Assembly (NCBI GenBank): GCA_038496445.1
Contig: JALMLS010000562.1
Span: forward strand, 124,001 to 188,000
DNA length: 64,000 nucleotides
Reading direction: 5' to 3'
From: Trichosphaerium sp. ATCC 40318
Lineage: Eukaryota; Protista; Tubulinea
In this document: one piece after another, positions 23,473 through 37,061 of the stretch
Numbering within the stretch: position 1 is the stretch's first letter
Layout of the letters: every line of letters begins with the position of its first letter
The notes under the pieces: model-generated
The model's input: only the letters and a program-made list of their open reading frames with translations
Databases searched by the model: none
What the model was told of the DNA's origin: nothing
Position numbers and translations under genes: made by a program

Positions 23473-25583
23473 ATGTCTGATAGTGAAGGCACAACAAGTT
23501 CTGCAAGCAGCCCAATAAAGATAACAGATATCTGTTGCATTGGTGCTGGTTATGTAGGAGGATCTACTATGGCCGTAATGGCGAAACATTGCCCAAACAT
23601 AAACGTCACCGTTGTGGACATAAATAGACGCCGAATAGACCAGTGGAAGAGCGAACAGTGCGCACAAAACTTTCGTTTACACCTTTACTGATATCCTTGC
23701 CTTTTTAGCTTGCCTATCTACGAACCAGGCCTTTACGAAGTTGTGAAAGAAGCACGCGGCCGTAATTTATTCTTTAGCACAAACATTGCAGAAGCAATCA
23801 AAAAAGCGCAAGTGATCTTTATGAGCGTAAACACTCCACATAAAAAGTTTGGGGCTTTGGTAAGTTTTAATACAACACGTCATTCAAGTGTTTTTCTTTA
23901 CAACAAGTCAAAAAAGGCTCCACTTTGAGCAACGTTGCATCTATTCAAATTTGCTAACAGAATTTCTAAGGGTGGTTACGATTTGTCAGCTTACGAAGCT
24001 GTAGCGCGTTCAATCGCTAAGCATCTTGAAGGGCAAACTATTGTAGTTGAAAAGTCAACTGGTACGCCCGAAAAATAATAATTTCTCCTAAATGTTTTGC
24101 AAGTTCCTGTACGCACAGCAGAGCGTGTACGCCAAATCATCCACTTTAACAAGAAGGATGACAGCCCCGTTCAAGTACTATCAAACCCAGAGTTTCTCGC
24201 TGAGGTAAAGTTTTATAGTTTGGTATATATTTAGTCTGATTTGTCCTTTTTTGCACTTAGGGTACTGCTGTACGTGATCTTGAGCATCCTGATAGAATAT
24301 TGATTGGTTCCCTATCTAGCCCTGAGGTATTGCAATCTAGAACGCGCTTTGCGTAGGTCTTAACAACAAGTAGGGTAAAGCTGCAGCTGCCGCGCTTAGT
24401 GGAGTTTACTGCAACTGGGTAGCAGAAGAAAAAATTATTAAGACTGGCTTGTTCTCGTCAGAAATGTCAAAATTAGCAGCAAACGCATTCCTCGCTCAGC
24501 GTGTATCTTCGAGTGCGTAAATGTTAGAAAAATTGTAGTGCTTACTCTAACATCTAGTTAATTCGCTCTCTGCACTTTGTGAGAAAGTAGGCGCTGATAT
24601 CTACGAAGTACGTATAATTTCGTTGAAATTTGAAAAGATGACTCAAGTTTTGATCTTTTGTTGTGTTTTTTTTATATTCGTACAAGTGTCTAATAAGCCT
24701 TTGTAGGTATCACATGTTGTTGGTGCTGACCACAGGATTGGCGGTAAATTTTTAAAAGCCAGCGTGGGCTTCGGTGGATCTTGCTTTGAAAAAGATTTGA
24801 GAGGATTGATCTACTTATGCGATTATTATGGTCTTCCTGATGTTGGAGAGTATTGGCGTCAGGTGCGTGCCAGCTAATGAATTTCTTATTTTTTGCTTTC
24901 TTTTTTGAACTGTGGCTAACTTTGCATGCTTGCTAGGTCATTAAAATCAATGACTGGCAAAAGAGAAGATTTTCTATTTTGATACAAACAAAAATGTTCA
25001 ACAACCTTAAGAACAAGAATGTCTGTATTTTGGGCTTTGCTTTCAAGAAAGATACTGGAGATTACAGGTGAACATTGGAAAAAATTTACTTTTTTTTTTA
25101 CTTGTGATACTTACTTCCTTTTTAGAGCATCTGCAGCTATTTCTATTGTAAAGTTTTTGGTAGAAGAAGGTGCAAATGTCTTTGTTTACGATCCAAAAGT
25201 ACCTCACGTGGAGATTAATAAGCTATTCCCTAATGTACGAAAGCAGTAATTCCTTGCTTTTTTTGCGTTTAGTTGGTTTTGTTTTTCCTTATTATTTTAT
25301 AGGTCACTTGCTGTTCAGATCCATACACCGCTAGTCACGAAACTCATGCACTGGTACGATTGATGATCGAAGTTTTATTCTAAGTGTTTGTTAGGTTGTA
25401 TGTACAGAGTGGGACGAGTTCAAAACTTTGGACTACAAACGCATTTTTGATACTATGGAGAAACCTTCATTCGTTTTTGATGGTCGTAATTTATTGGATC
25501 ACGACGCCCTAGTAGAGATGGGTTACCGCGTATACTGTATCGGAAAAACCATTCTACAGGACGAACTAGCCCGGAATTGGTAA
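23473..25583 (+). CDS. UGDH: UDP-glucose 6-dehydrogenase, spliced
   Basis: [73 protein letters not shown]. Confidence 0.97.
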
Positions 25584-25972
25584 TCAAACAGTCCATGTTA
25601 AATAAACTTAAAATCGGACAACTTTGATTTGAGTGCAACGTGTACTTTGTCAATCTATCAAACCATCTGATTTTGATAGAAATCTGTTCTGTGTAATCCA
25701 TCTAGGTCGCATTGATGTCATTCTCTACTACGTTATTTGTACTGTAGCGCAATGGCGCTTTAAACCAAGCCGTAATTTCGACTAACTTGACGGGAACATA
25801 CAGTAGTAACTCTTCTATTGGTGCTTTAGTAGACTAGAGTCCAACAACTAAGATCGCCTTACTGTCCTCAACGTGTCAATAAACCGTCATTCACTGCACG
25901 CTTTGCCTTAAAACAGTTGACGCCTTAATTCATTGTATCGGGGTCCGCTTGGCGTTAGCATGATAGCTACAG

Positions 25973-27449
25973 ATGTTTGGAGGGCCTGGACCGCTCTCTG
26001 ATATACCTTGCCCTGATTCAAGGTGTTGGCGCCCGCATTGTCGCTTTTCGCACAGTAGACGCTCCTCACAAGCTGAAAAACGCAAACGACCACGAGAACG
26101 AGAACATAACGTTGAGCCATACGTGCCACAAACAATCAAACCAAGGAAGAACGTTGCGTCCTATGTACCTCATAATCGCACAAATGAAAAGCGCAGCACC
26201 TACACGGTATGTTTATTTGAACCGCAATAAAGTAACTTTTAATACAGAGCCTGAAAGTGTCGTCAAATCACCCTCCTAAGCGTAGAAAAACAAATTTAAA
26301 TGCGAACAAGGTTGGTAGTCGTTGACATATCCAAAGAGTATTAAATGTCATTTTAGGACAAACTTTCTCATAACTCAAACGACTCCACTCCCCTACGCAA
26401 ACCAAATGGACTGGACCATACTAAAACAAGTACACAACCAACAAATCGAGATGCAGCCAAGCAGAACAAACCAGAATCGAAGAGCACAAAGCTGCAATAC
26501 AATAAACAACCACAGTTCCCGGCGCCAAGTACGTAGGATGTTTATGCAATAGCAACCAACACTTCTTTTTAGGACCTTATGTAAGCGATGGTATCATCAC
26601 TCCTGATGCTCTGTTCGATTCATTTGAAGAAGAATATAATGACGTACGTAGTAGTTATCACTAGAGAACCATACTAACATTATAAAATAGGATAATAACA
26701 GTACAAGCGAAGACAAACCTAAAAAACTTATTAGAACAATACACACCATAAGACCATGTGACTTAGAACCTCAACCTTTGGGTAAGATGCAGCCGAATAG
26801 AAAAAAGGTTCCAGAACCAGTACAGCGTAGACCACCAATAAAGTCACTTCTTCAACGTATAACAGAGGGCAGAAAAGCAGTTATCTCTAAGAAACCAAAG
26901 GTAATTCCAGAAAAGAAACAACCAAGAACACAAGTCAGTTTTGAGCCAAGAATACAGCCACCAAAACAGAAGGTTGTCAAGACAGTTATCAAACAGCGGT
27001 TCAAGAAAAAAGTGGGAAACGATACCTACTTTACTACAAACTTAAAGATGAATCCTGAAGCTAAAATGACACAGTACAATAACAAACCACTTGTGTATGT
27101 CACCAATCCAATTTTTTTTTGAATTTCACGTGTCTTTTTTTTCAAAGTCATTAACTCTTGTCGTGTAGTGCACATGTCGGTGGATCTAAAATACCTAGAC
27201 CTATGCGTCAAAAGTATGTTAATGTTGCATTCGAGATTTTTAAGAAAATCTTTCCAGAGTCTGTACAAAAGGCAATCAAAGCTACTCTAAAGTTCGAGTT
27301 GAAGGAATTTAAAAAATGTGCTGTAAGTTTTTTGTCCTAATTTCTTCTTGTTAATTAACTAAATATATTAGAACACTACATCATACAGAGGAACAATGGC
27401 ATATGCTTTGAAGTCTTTGAAAGAGAAGGTCAAGAAGCTGGGAATATAA
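25973..27449 (+). CDS. REXO1/Rex3-like N-terminal region protein (C3H finger + EloA-BP1-like block) lacking the exonuclease domain
   Basis: MFGGPGPLSDIPCPDSRCWRPHCRFSH and GSKIPRPMRQKYVNVAFE...AIKATLKFE...YRGTMAYALKSLK, then a stop. Confidence 0.6.
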
Positions 27450-27662
27450 AACCAACTGACAAAAAAATCTTTAATGCATTTTCAACAAAAAGAACCATAA
27501 ACAATTCAACTGGTTGTTGACCTAATTATCTGAAGAAAGAAAAAAAAGAAAAGCAAAATATCAAAGTGTATCATAGTGTAAATGAACAAAAATTAGAAGC
27601 ATTGTTGTGTCAATTTCTTTATTCGTTTTCTCAGAATCTCGAATTTTCTACGATTCCAAACC

Positions 27663-28475
27663 CTAATCTTTACGTAGTAGAGAAGCTGCCAGTCGTCTTA
27701 CTTGTGCATACTAAAGGGTAACATTAAGTTTTATGATGGTACAACTGGGGCCAAGCTTACCTGAGCAGGGCTTGCAGGACTGTTTCCTCTAGCTCTTTTC
27801 CGTTTCTTGTGTGTAGTAGATGTTAACTTCAGAGCCTTCTCTACATCCATGTTGTACACATGTACAAATAGCAGCGATATGATTGTCCCTGTGCGCCCAT
27901 GACCACCCTTTTCATACGATCGTCAACGACATGTAAAGAAATATGAGAGTTAACAGTACCCAACAATGAATGTACAACTTCTCTCCTTTGTCGAGTAGAG
28001 ATTTGATTCTTTGAATAAAAGGTACAACGTCTTCATCCGACGCTACTGAGCCATCTAAAACGAATCAGTTTGCACGCTCAACGCTGTCGGAGACTAACCA
28101 GGAATAGGAAAATGAATATGCTCAATTTTAGCATCAGGCGCTGCTTCTTTAATATGTTGCGCGTAGGGGTTGAATCTTTGTAGTTCTTTTGTTGTTTGAA
28201 GACAAATAAAAGTCGTTACTCCTAAACCGCAATCAATACGAAGTGTTTAAGCGTTTTTAGCACCTGTTGCGAGGATTTGCTCTATTTTCTTTTTAGCTTT
28301 ACTCTCAACTAAATCACCAGGATATGAACCAGCCAATACGCGATCTACAATACTATTACGCTCATACGCTGTATTTAAATGTATTTTAACCTTTAATCGC
28401 CCAGTTGGACTCTATTGTTGGCCCAAAATAACTGTCGTCAATGTCAACAGGAGCGTCGTTTGTTGTTAATGCCAT
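27663..28475 (-). CDS. Cys-based (CX5R) dual-specificity/tyrosine protein phosphatase, spliced
   Basis: GPTIESNWAIK, LAGSYPGD, HFPIP|DGS, YIHCW|GGHGRTGT and SPASPAQ|YAQV. Confidence 0.85.
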
Positions 28476-29009
28476 CCCTAAGTTTGTGATACTGTCAAAC
28501 AGACTTTTTTCGGGTAAAAAAGAATGAATTTTCGTTCATGAACTGCGCTATAACAGAAACACGTGTCACTATTGTCAAAATTAGCCTCGCACGTCATTGA
28601 GTATTTTAAACGAAGATTCATTGTTTGGCGCTACTACTGAACTACATAAGGATTTAGTCCAATAACAATTATTACCCTATGCAGAAAACAGTTCTGCCGC
28701 CGAGTCAACTCTAAGTTCATGTTTGCCACGTGGACGACTACTTTGCAACCCCACCAAATTGACACCACTAATATCGTCTACGTGAGCTATTTCTTTGGCA
28801 GTGCAAGAGCCTAAATTTGAAAATTTTAAGTTTGCTGCTTTAAGTAATTTGTTGCTACTTTCTGTCACAGCACGTTAAATCCTATTGAGAGCCATTTAAA
28901 CTACCGTAGAAAGAATAGAGTCATATCGGACAAATATTTTTGCCTGTGTGCACCAACCGCCTAAATTATTTGATGAACGACTCTACTATTAAACTTAACA
29001 CATACACAA

Positions 29010-30352
29010 ATGGCAACAATTGACGTGAAACCAGCGGAAACACCAAAAAGCATCAAGAAACGAAAAAAGAAGAAGGGACAACCAATGGCAAGCCCTGACA
29101 CTTACGTTGTGCGTGATAGCGCGGATTAACGCCTTTAACGCCATTTAAAGCAACAAGAAATCGGAAAATTCCCAACGGGCGATTTGGCAGATGAACTCTT
29201 TCCAGAAGAATACGCGGCTCTCCAAAGCTTGAAGGAACGATTATCACTTGACAAATCTTCAGCAGCAATTCTCAATGACAGGTAAACTTCATCTTCATTT
29301 ATAATACCACTAATACAACCCCTCTAAGGTTACTAGCAGCCATGTTGTTTGCTAGAAAATTTGACGAGGATCGTGCAGAGAAAATGGCAAAACTGTTCCT
29401 TGAGGTAACTTGAGTACAATTCGTTCAACAAAAGCTAACTTAGGTTCTTTAGTGGGCAACTACTGACGATAGATACAAGCGTGGTCTAGATATAGAGTCA
29501 TTAGACAAGAATATTATGCTCAGTGGCACGTTTTTAAGTGCACCAGGTACTAACTTTTTATCACGTGACGATTATTTTCGTTTGACATTTCGTTAGGTGC
29601 AAGGTCAAAGGAAGGATACATGATAATGTACAACCGTGTCGCCTTTAATGATCCATCTACGATGGATAGAGAAGATATGATAGATATAGGAGCAGCTGTT
29701 CATACGTCATCGTTCATTACTGAAGGGTACATAATCAGAGTTTAAACAGTTTGTGAAGCTTACTGCGTTCGGAAATCTAGGATGGATTATCATAGAAATG
29801 GTGCATGTATGGTTATGGATATGAAGGGAATGACATGGGCGCATTTTGATGTAGAGATGAGAAAGAAATTTATGGAGTTACTTACTAATAAGTTACCTTG
29901 CAGACCAAAACGTATTCTGGTAAGCAAAGCAAGAAAGAAGAGCAACTTTTTTTCTTACTTTTTTTAAGGTTTTGCACCCTCCTGTTTTCTTAACAGCACT
30001 TGTCACAATCATGCGTCTTTTTGTCAAATCCAAGATGCTTAATAGAGTACGTAGCGTATAGGTTTTATTAAATACTAGCCATCACCAACATTTAACTAGA
30101 TGCGCGTCTTGAATGGTGTCGAAGATCTTAGTAAATACATTGATAAAGGTCAACTCATGGATTTCTATGGGGGTGATATTACCTATACACCAGAGGTAAT
30201 GTTTTGGAATGCTAGCTTGTTGTTAAGAATGTTTTTAGGACTTTTATAAACATATGATAAAAGCACGCAAAAGGTTGACGATCAAAAAGAAATCGACCAA
30301 GAAAACACAATCTAAGAAGAAGAAATCTAAAGCAAACAATTCCTCAGAATGA
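29010..30352 (+). CDS. CRAL-TRIO/Sec14 lipid-binding protein, spliced
   Basis: LFARKFDEDRA, NGACMVMDMKGMTW, LPCRPKRIL, LFVKSKMLNR, QLMDFYGG. Confidence 0.85.
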
Positions 30353-30689
30353 CTGATTTCAATGTAACATATACAAAACCATCTCTTTTTTTTTATGCAT
30401 TGCTCCTGTTGATTAGACTATTGTTGTATTCTGTTAGGTAGTAGATCAAACAACTCGGTGTGTTGATAGTCCAACAAACCAGGATGAAACTCATTTAATT
30501 CATGTCCACAAACGGCAAAAACAAAACTGTGTTGTGGTATTAGCACAAAGATTTAACAAATTCAAAGATCTAAACTGTATTTAAATATTGTACAAGCTCT
30601 GTGGGTTTACAACCCAAAAAAATAAGGAAAAGGAATGTGTTCGTTTCTTTCTTTTTTCTTGAGTCTAGTTTGTGGTTTTGTTAATCTCA

Positions 30690-33600
30690 TTAGGCGGTTA
30701 TGGCCTTTTCTTCGTCATCTTCTTCACCAGAATCGACGCTGAGATTTGCAGCAAGGCCCTAAATGAAAGTCTATTAGTTGTTGTCTCTGATAAGGTGAGT
30801 AGATTCATTTTTGTGTCACAAAAAACTTACAAAGTGAATATCAGGCACGCCTGTTGGAACTGGCGGTGTGCGAAGTTTGGCAGGTTCTGGTGCACCTGTG
30901 CCTTTGCGAGGAGCCGGTTCTTTTTGGCCTTCAGGTTTTTTAGCAAATGGCGCAGCTGTGTCTTTTCGTCTAGGAGGTTTATGTTCTGTTTCGTTTTTTT
31001 CATCCTGCTTGAACTTTTTCTTTCTTGGAGCAAGACCAAACGGTTTTGGCTTTGGGCCTCTAGCAGAATGACTATGCCCAAGAGCACGTGCTTTTTCCAG
31101 GGTTTCTTAAACAAAAAGTTAAACGAAGGCGCAGGTGTAATTTGTTGCCTTACCTTTGTCCATAATGCCCATTGTAGAGATGGCTCTTTCGTGACCTCTT
31201 TTTGGTATGGATTCTAGTGCTTGCCTTAGAAGAACACCTCCTGCAGATACACGAGAGCCTGCAAAAGCATCAATAGCCTTAGGCCGTGGGTCGTTCTGTT
31301 TAAAAGCTACAAAAATCCATAAGCTCAAATGAAAGGTATTTGATTGCATGTGGTTCTATACTTACAGCGAGATTCACCTAGAGATGGTGTATAATTGGCA
31401 CTAACAATGACAACCAATGGTTTATCAAATATTGCCTTGTCTAAGATCTCAATGATGAGTTTGTAAACGCCTGAGCTTGGAGGGATGTAATGAAGTTTGA
31501 AGATATTACGTTCAGTCCTCATAACACGTGCTATATAAAGCATTAGTACTAAAAGAACAAGAAGACGTAGCTATAAAAAAAAAAAAGAACAAAAATTAAA
31601 GGCCAGTCATCAATGAAAAAGATGGGGGTTTAAGAAATCAGCATACCAGTAATGCAATGTTCGCGAGATGTCAAGGTTGCTTTGATGTCAGTAACTTGTA
31701 AATCTTGCTCCATCTCTTTAACTTCCATTGTAAATACGTTATCTTCGTCCTTATAACCTGTACAATCATTTAGCTTTACAACAGTATAAATATGGTAGTA
31801 TTGTACCCATTTTAAGACCAGGGTCTTGGAGATTGACGCTGAATGGTTTCTTTTCTTGTTTTTCTTGTTTTTTACTACTGCTACGCTTTAATTTTTTCTT
31901 GTCTTCCTTTGGTTCTTCTGAGTCAGGCAATGCGATCTCATCAGATTCATTCAAAGATTTCTGAATGCCTGATGCTTTAGGAGAGGTTGGTTTACTCTAA
32001 AAAATAAAGTAAGCAACTTGTAAGTGAAGCAAAAAGTGCAAGAAAGTTAATGACTACCTTTCGTTTATCAGAGCCGCGTTTCTTCTTTGGAGCCTTTATA
32101 CCATCAAGATCGACACCATCTATTGTGTCATCCTTGATCTCTACCTTGATACCTTTATCTTTCCAAGTCTCAACTATTTTATGTAAGAAATATGGTGTTA
32201 AAGTAAACACGTTGCACGTACCCTTGTTTGTCTTAACATCACGACTTGAAGCTGGGCGAAGCCTTGGAGACATATTTTTCACTTCTGTGCCTGCATTTGT
32301 AAGCCCGACTAGTGGCCATAGATCTACAGGAAGTTGTCCGGTATCACCAGCAATACTATTCAAAGATCTAACAAGAATTATTAATTAACCAGTTGAAAAG
32401 AAAAAAACACAAGCTTACGTTTCGTCCAAGTTACTCAAGTATGAGCTCTCTGTTGCTGCTTTTCTGATAAGGTATAATAACTCTACGTAACCCAACCAAA
32501 TTACTCGCTCTTCCTGTGGTCCAGAAAGCTTAAACGTGTATTTCATTGACTTTTCATTAAACTCAACACAAAATCCAGTACGCCTTTTTTTTCATTAGAC
32601 CATAACTGATGTGCACAAGAAAACTAGAAGTAACATACCTCGTTGTAATGCCCTTTGCGTTGCAAATATCAACGCTAGTCATTTTCTCCTCAGAGCTATC
32701 TTTTGACTCCAAGAGAACAATAGAAGCCTCAACTACGTTGAGCTTGCAGTACAGCTTGTGCGTGCTATATGTTTCTTAGTAAACTGTATTTGATGCTAGT
32801 ACATACGCAGCTCTGCCAGATATAGCTCTTATAACAGTCATTGATGCCTCTAATATGAAAGGATCATCAATCTGTTTTCCTTTAAATCCGTGGTTCTTCT
32901 TGTACATATTCTTGATGTGCGTTTGAAGTTTCCAGTTTTGGAGCATACGCTTCCATGCTTGGACACGTCTCTTCCTGTTCGAGTTGCTTGTATTTGTGAG
33001 ACCTTTGTAAAGTTAGAGCGAATAGCACAGGAGTCTTTACATACCAGGAACTTTACTAGCCATTTTTAATAGCGACTCTACATCACGCTTTGTTCGTGCT
33101 TCTTTCTTAACATCTACTGCTTCAAGTCTACTCTCATTTACAGTCATGAGTTTCTACAAGCGTTAGCACACTCTTTAAAAGTCATAATTAATAGCGTACG
33201 ATGTTATCATCAAGCCAACTTGGAAGTAACGCGCTAAATAAATTTTTTAGTACTTTCTTTATGAAAGGACTGTCATGTGACATGTTTACCTGAAACATGA
33301 CGACCACACCTCCACAAGGTCGTTACTTACTAACGCATATGCATTTACATTGAAGAAAGGATCGTTTTCCTTTGTAGGGTATATATTACAATGAAGGGAC
33401 CCAACTTTTAAATAAAACCCTATGAAAAAATTAGTTAAAAAAATTGGGCGTTGACATTCACTGCTTTTTTACCTGATACTTTACCAGGAAGCATTGTTAA
33501 GCTCTTAAGCTCGGAAAGATTCATAAAGTACGACTCGCTGTCTCTGTAATTTATTGTAAGTAAGGAGACATTAAAAATGCTTGTACCTGAAGCGCTTATT

Positions 33601-35047
33601 ATATTGCTCATGAGAAGCTTTAGAAAGCAATACAGAATCATTAAAGATGTATATATTGAAAGTAGATTGCTTGCTAGATGACATAGATACGAGTACATTA
33701 CCTTTCAAACAAGTGTCAGTAATAGAACACTACTTTGTAACTTGTTTTACACATACCGTAATCAATAATTTTCCTGTGCGGTTGAAGAACACGCCATTTC
33801 TCACCAACCAACATTTGAAGTTGGAACATAAGTTCTGATTTATCTTTTTCTTCTTTACTTCTATTAATTTTATTGGCGGTAGCCTTGATTATATGCAAAG
33901 CCTTTGTAATATTTGTTCTATCCGGATGAGACCGAGGTGTTATTTTTTGGTACTCCTAAAAACAAGAAATTAGGAAAGATTCCTGTGTAAGTAAGTATTA
34001 CGCACCTTTAAGAGTAACTCATACTGTGGTACGCGCTTTACGGGCATAATAAGATACGAGGGTAATTCACGGGAGAACAATCCATCACCAGTAGTTACAA
34101 GCTTGTTAAAGCGATAGTTTACTTCTATATTAAAGAAAAAATTAAGCAATTCCCTGTCAAGCTTGTTTTTGATCACCTTTCTCCTCTGCTATAAACTGGA
34201 CTATATCCTCATACTTTGTGATAAACTGTGAGTAAGCACGTAATAAAAACGCCTATAACCAGAATAAGCTCAATTTACCTAGTTAACGACGCACAAAGTC
34301 GATAAACACATCAGCGAAGCACGATTCGGCTTTCCATTCACGATACCGTTTATCTAGTGCGTTTAAAAGCTCGTTGTTGAGCTCCATGATCATTTTGATA
34401 TCACCAAAAATGAACTCTGCGTTCTCCTTAGTTAGTATTGGATCGTCTCCATCCTCTGCATGCGATCTAGCCAATGGGTTGTAGTACGCCTGTAAAAATG
34501 AACATAAAGGTTAACGTTACAAAACGCACTATAAGCATTTTGGTCAATGATACAACGTATTCACGCTCAGTTTCTACAATCTCCTCGGCAATCATTTTCC
34601 GTTTGTGAGTTGTACGGTCTAGTACAAAATTAGTACAACTCTTTCGTTACAAGTGCGCATCAACGCACTGCTGTTTAAAACGCACCTTTGCGTGAGTTGC
34701 CACTTATTTTTTGGTTTGAAAGCTTCCATAATACCGAACCATGGTTCGCATTATCTACGGTTCCCTTGAACAATATTTAATTTGAGAAGACGGCAGTAAA
34801 CGCGAGGAAAGTAGTAGGGATAGTTCCTGAGCAGTTTCTAGACGTGCTGTTTATAAAGAAAAGCTCCTACACGTACCACACGGTCTTGTCTTTGCACAAC
34901 AATTTCGGAAGGATCAATTGTCTCTCTTTTACTATCTGAATTAAAAAATCGCTTGAACCAGCCTGCGCCTTGCGATCTACTGCGATTTAGCCGCGCTCTC
35001 CGTTGAGTTTTCGGCTTACGAGCCGATGCCTGCCTTCTAGATGACAT
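30690..35047 (-). CDS. RhoGEF (DH-PH) protein with filamin-type Ig repeat, spliced
   Basis: EIVETEREYV, IFGDIKMIMELN, LPSYLIMPVKRVPQYELLLK, TPRSHPD, a PH-like segment and filamin-like FKLHYIPPSSGVYKLIIEI...KPLVVIV. Confidence 0.85.
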
Positions 35048-35325
35048 AGCTCCCTTGCATGCACTTGGCTTCGTTCAAAAGCTGTTATACGTGAGGTTCT
35101 TGTGTTAACGCGTCAATTTTTCACCCAACTTAAACAAACATTGCTAAAACAGGCGTTGATTCTTGCTTAAAGCAAGGTCTGTACCGTCTAAAACTGTGAC
35201 GTCATAACGGCTCCTAAAACAAGAACAAACAGAAGCAGGTACTGAAATAAATCGGTTTTTTTACTATAATGACACTTGTTCTAAAACAATTGCGTGAAGC
35301 AGTACTTCTGTAGATGTTTAACAGT

Positions 35326-36884
35326 TTAGTCGTCTTCATCTTTGGCCAAGAAATATTTACGTCGCTTGATACGATCCTCAAGATTGCCTGTCATGCGGTC
35401 GTTGAACACCTTCTCCTGGAACTTCTCGATAAAGTCAGCCTTGTGGAGCTTATCATCGGCGTGAATGCGCTTGTTGTACTCTTCTTCTTCATGTTTATCT
35501 TTCTTGGCTCTGTTAAGAAGTCGCGTAGTACGAAATTCCTCGTGTTTGGAAGCATCATTTTTCATCTGTCGCAATCTCTCTGCTTTCTCTTCTGCAGTCA
35601 TTGAAACCTTTGCTTTACTGGCGGCGAGCTTCTTTCGTGTTTCTTGTTTTTGTCGTAGCATATCACCGTGTGATTTTCTCAAATGCTCAGGCAAGTAACT
35701 TGCAAGATCATCTTCATCACCTTTGTCCTCCTTCTTTATAGTAACTTCTTTGGTTTTTGAGTCGCGTTTGTGTCTATCTCTTCTATCATCATCACGTTTA
35801 TCACGACTGTCTCTTCTATCATCGCGTCTGTCACGACTATCTCTTCTGTCATCACGCCTATCGCGACGTCGATCGCTATCGCGCCTGTCATAATCTCGTC
35901 TATCTGATGAACGCCTGTCTCTGCCAGAGTCTCGAGAGTTTCGCCTGTCTAGATCGCGTCTGTCTCCGTCCCTGCTTCTATCTCTTCTGGAACTTCTACG
36001 ATCTTCACGACGATCATCTCTGCGCCCTCGATCATCTCGGTCTCTGGGTTCTCTAAACGAACCGTCATCATCACGGCGCTGGCGTTTGCTACTTCTACGG
36101 CTCTCATCATCTGAATCCCTGGCGTGGTGTTAGATCATACACAACAGTACATTAAGTACTTACCTTGAGCGTTTTCTATCGTTTCTGTCACTTGAATCAC
36201 GTGAGCGTTTGTGATGATCTCTGTCAGGACTGGAGACACGCTGACGTTTGTGCTTCTTATCTTTGTGTCTTTTATCCTTGTCCTTTTTGCGCTTTTTCTT
36301 TTTGGAAGCCTTCTTTAGTTGTTTTTCTAGCTGCTTTTGTAAGAGCTTCTTTTTTAACCGATTCATTAGGATAGGATTTTTAGTGATCTTCATGCGCTCT
36401 TCAATCTCACGTTGGCGGATGGCAAACATAGGATCCTCTCGAGCCTTTAACTGTCTGTCGTACTCCGGGTTGCGAGGTTTATCTAACCACAAGGAACCTG
36501 GTTTCTCTTCAAGTTGTTTAACTTCCTCTTTTTCGCCTGGTTTGCCTTCAAATGTCTTTCCCAAGGCGTGTTTATTGGCCTCATGAGCGCTAATGTTGCC
36601 CATCATCGGTTCGTTATATAACCAATCAACGCGTTCACGGCGTCTATGTCCCGTCTGCGTTTCATGAAGCTTCATCAAATCCTCTATTTGACGTTCCTCT
36701 TGCAGCTCCCTCTTTAGAATCGCTATTTGTTTATCTTCAGCATTTTGTTCTTGTTCAGCTTTCCATACGCGCTAAAATGGTGTCAGGAGCTGTGTAAATA
36801 TGTAAAAAGCCGTACCTCAATATTTTTGAGGGTTCCTGTATGCCAACTCTTCTTATTCAAGAAATTCAACCCCTTAGACGTCAT
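35326..36884 (-). CDS. CWC25: Pre-mRNA splicing factor CWC25 with RS/RD-rich region
   Basis: GLNFLNKKSWHTGTLKNIE, RERVDWLY, REDPMFAI, MTAEEKAERLRQMKNDA, LEDRIKRRK. Confidence 0.92.
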
Positions 36885-37061
36885 ATTGGTAGACTGGGAG
36901 TGTTATTTAATGATAGAGCGGTTCAAAAGCATTGCTGTTTCAGTTTCGTTGTAAGTCAATGCTGCCAAAAATTGCACTTTTTCACAAAAACGCTAAAGGA
37001 GCTTTGACACCTTACCAAATTATACCACATTGTACTCCAACATGCTGTAAACTCATTCAGT

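Noticed and set aside
25655-25866. Several short hairpins downstream of UGDH
   Set aside because: No RNA-family motif was recognised; compatible with UTR or promoter sequence.
35757-36586. Plus-strand ORFs with His/Cys/Phe-rich repeats
   Set aside because: They are antisense shadows of the low-complexity RS/K-rich part of CWC25. The same applies to the plus-strand ORFs at 41559-42905.
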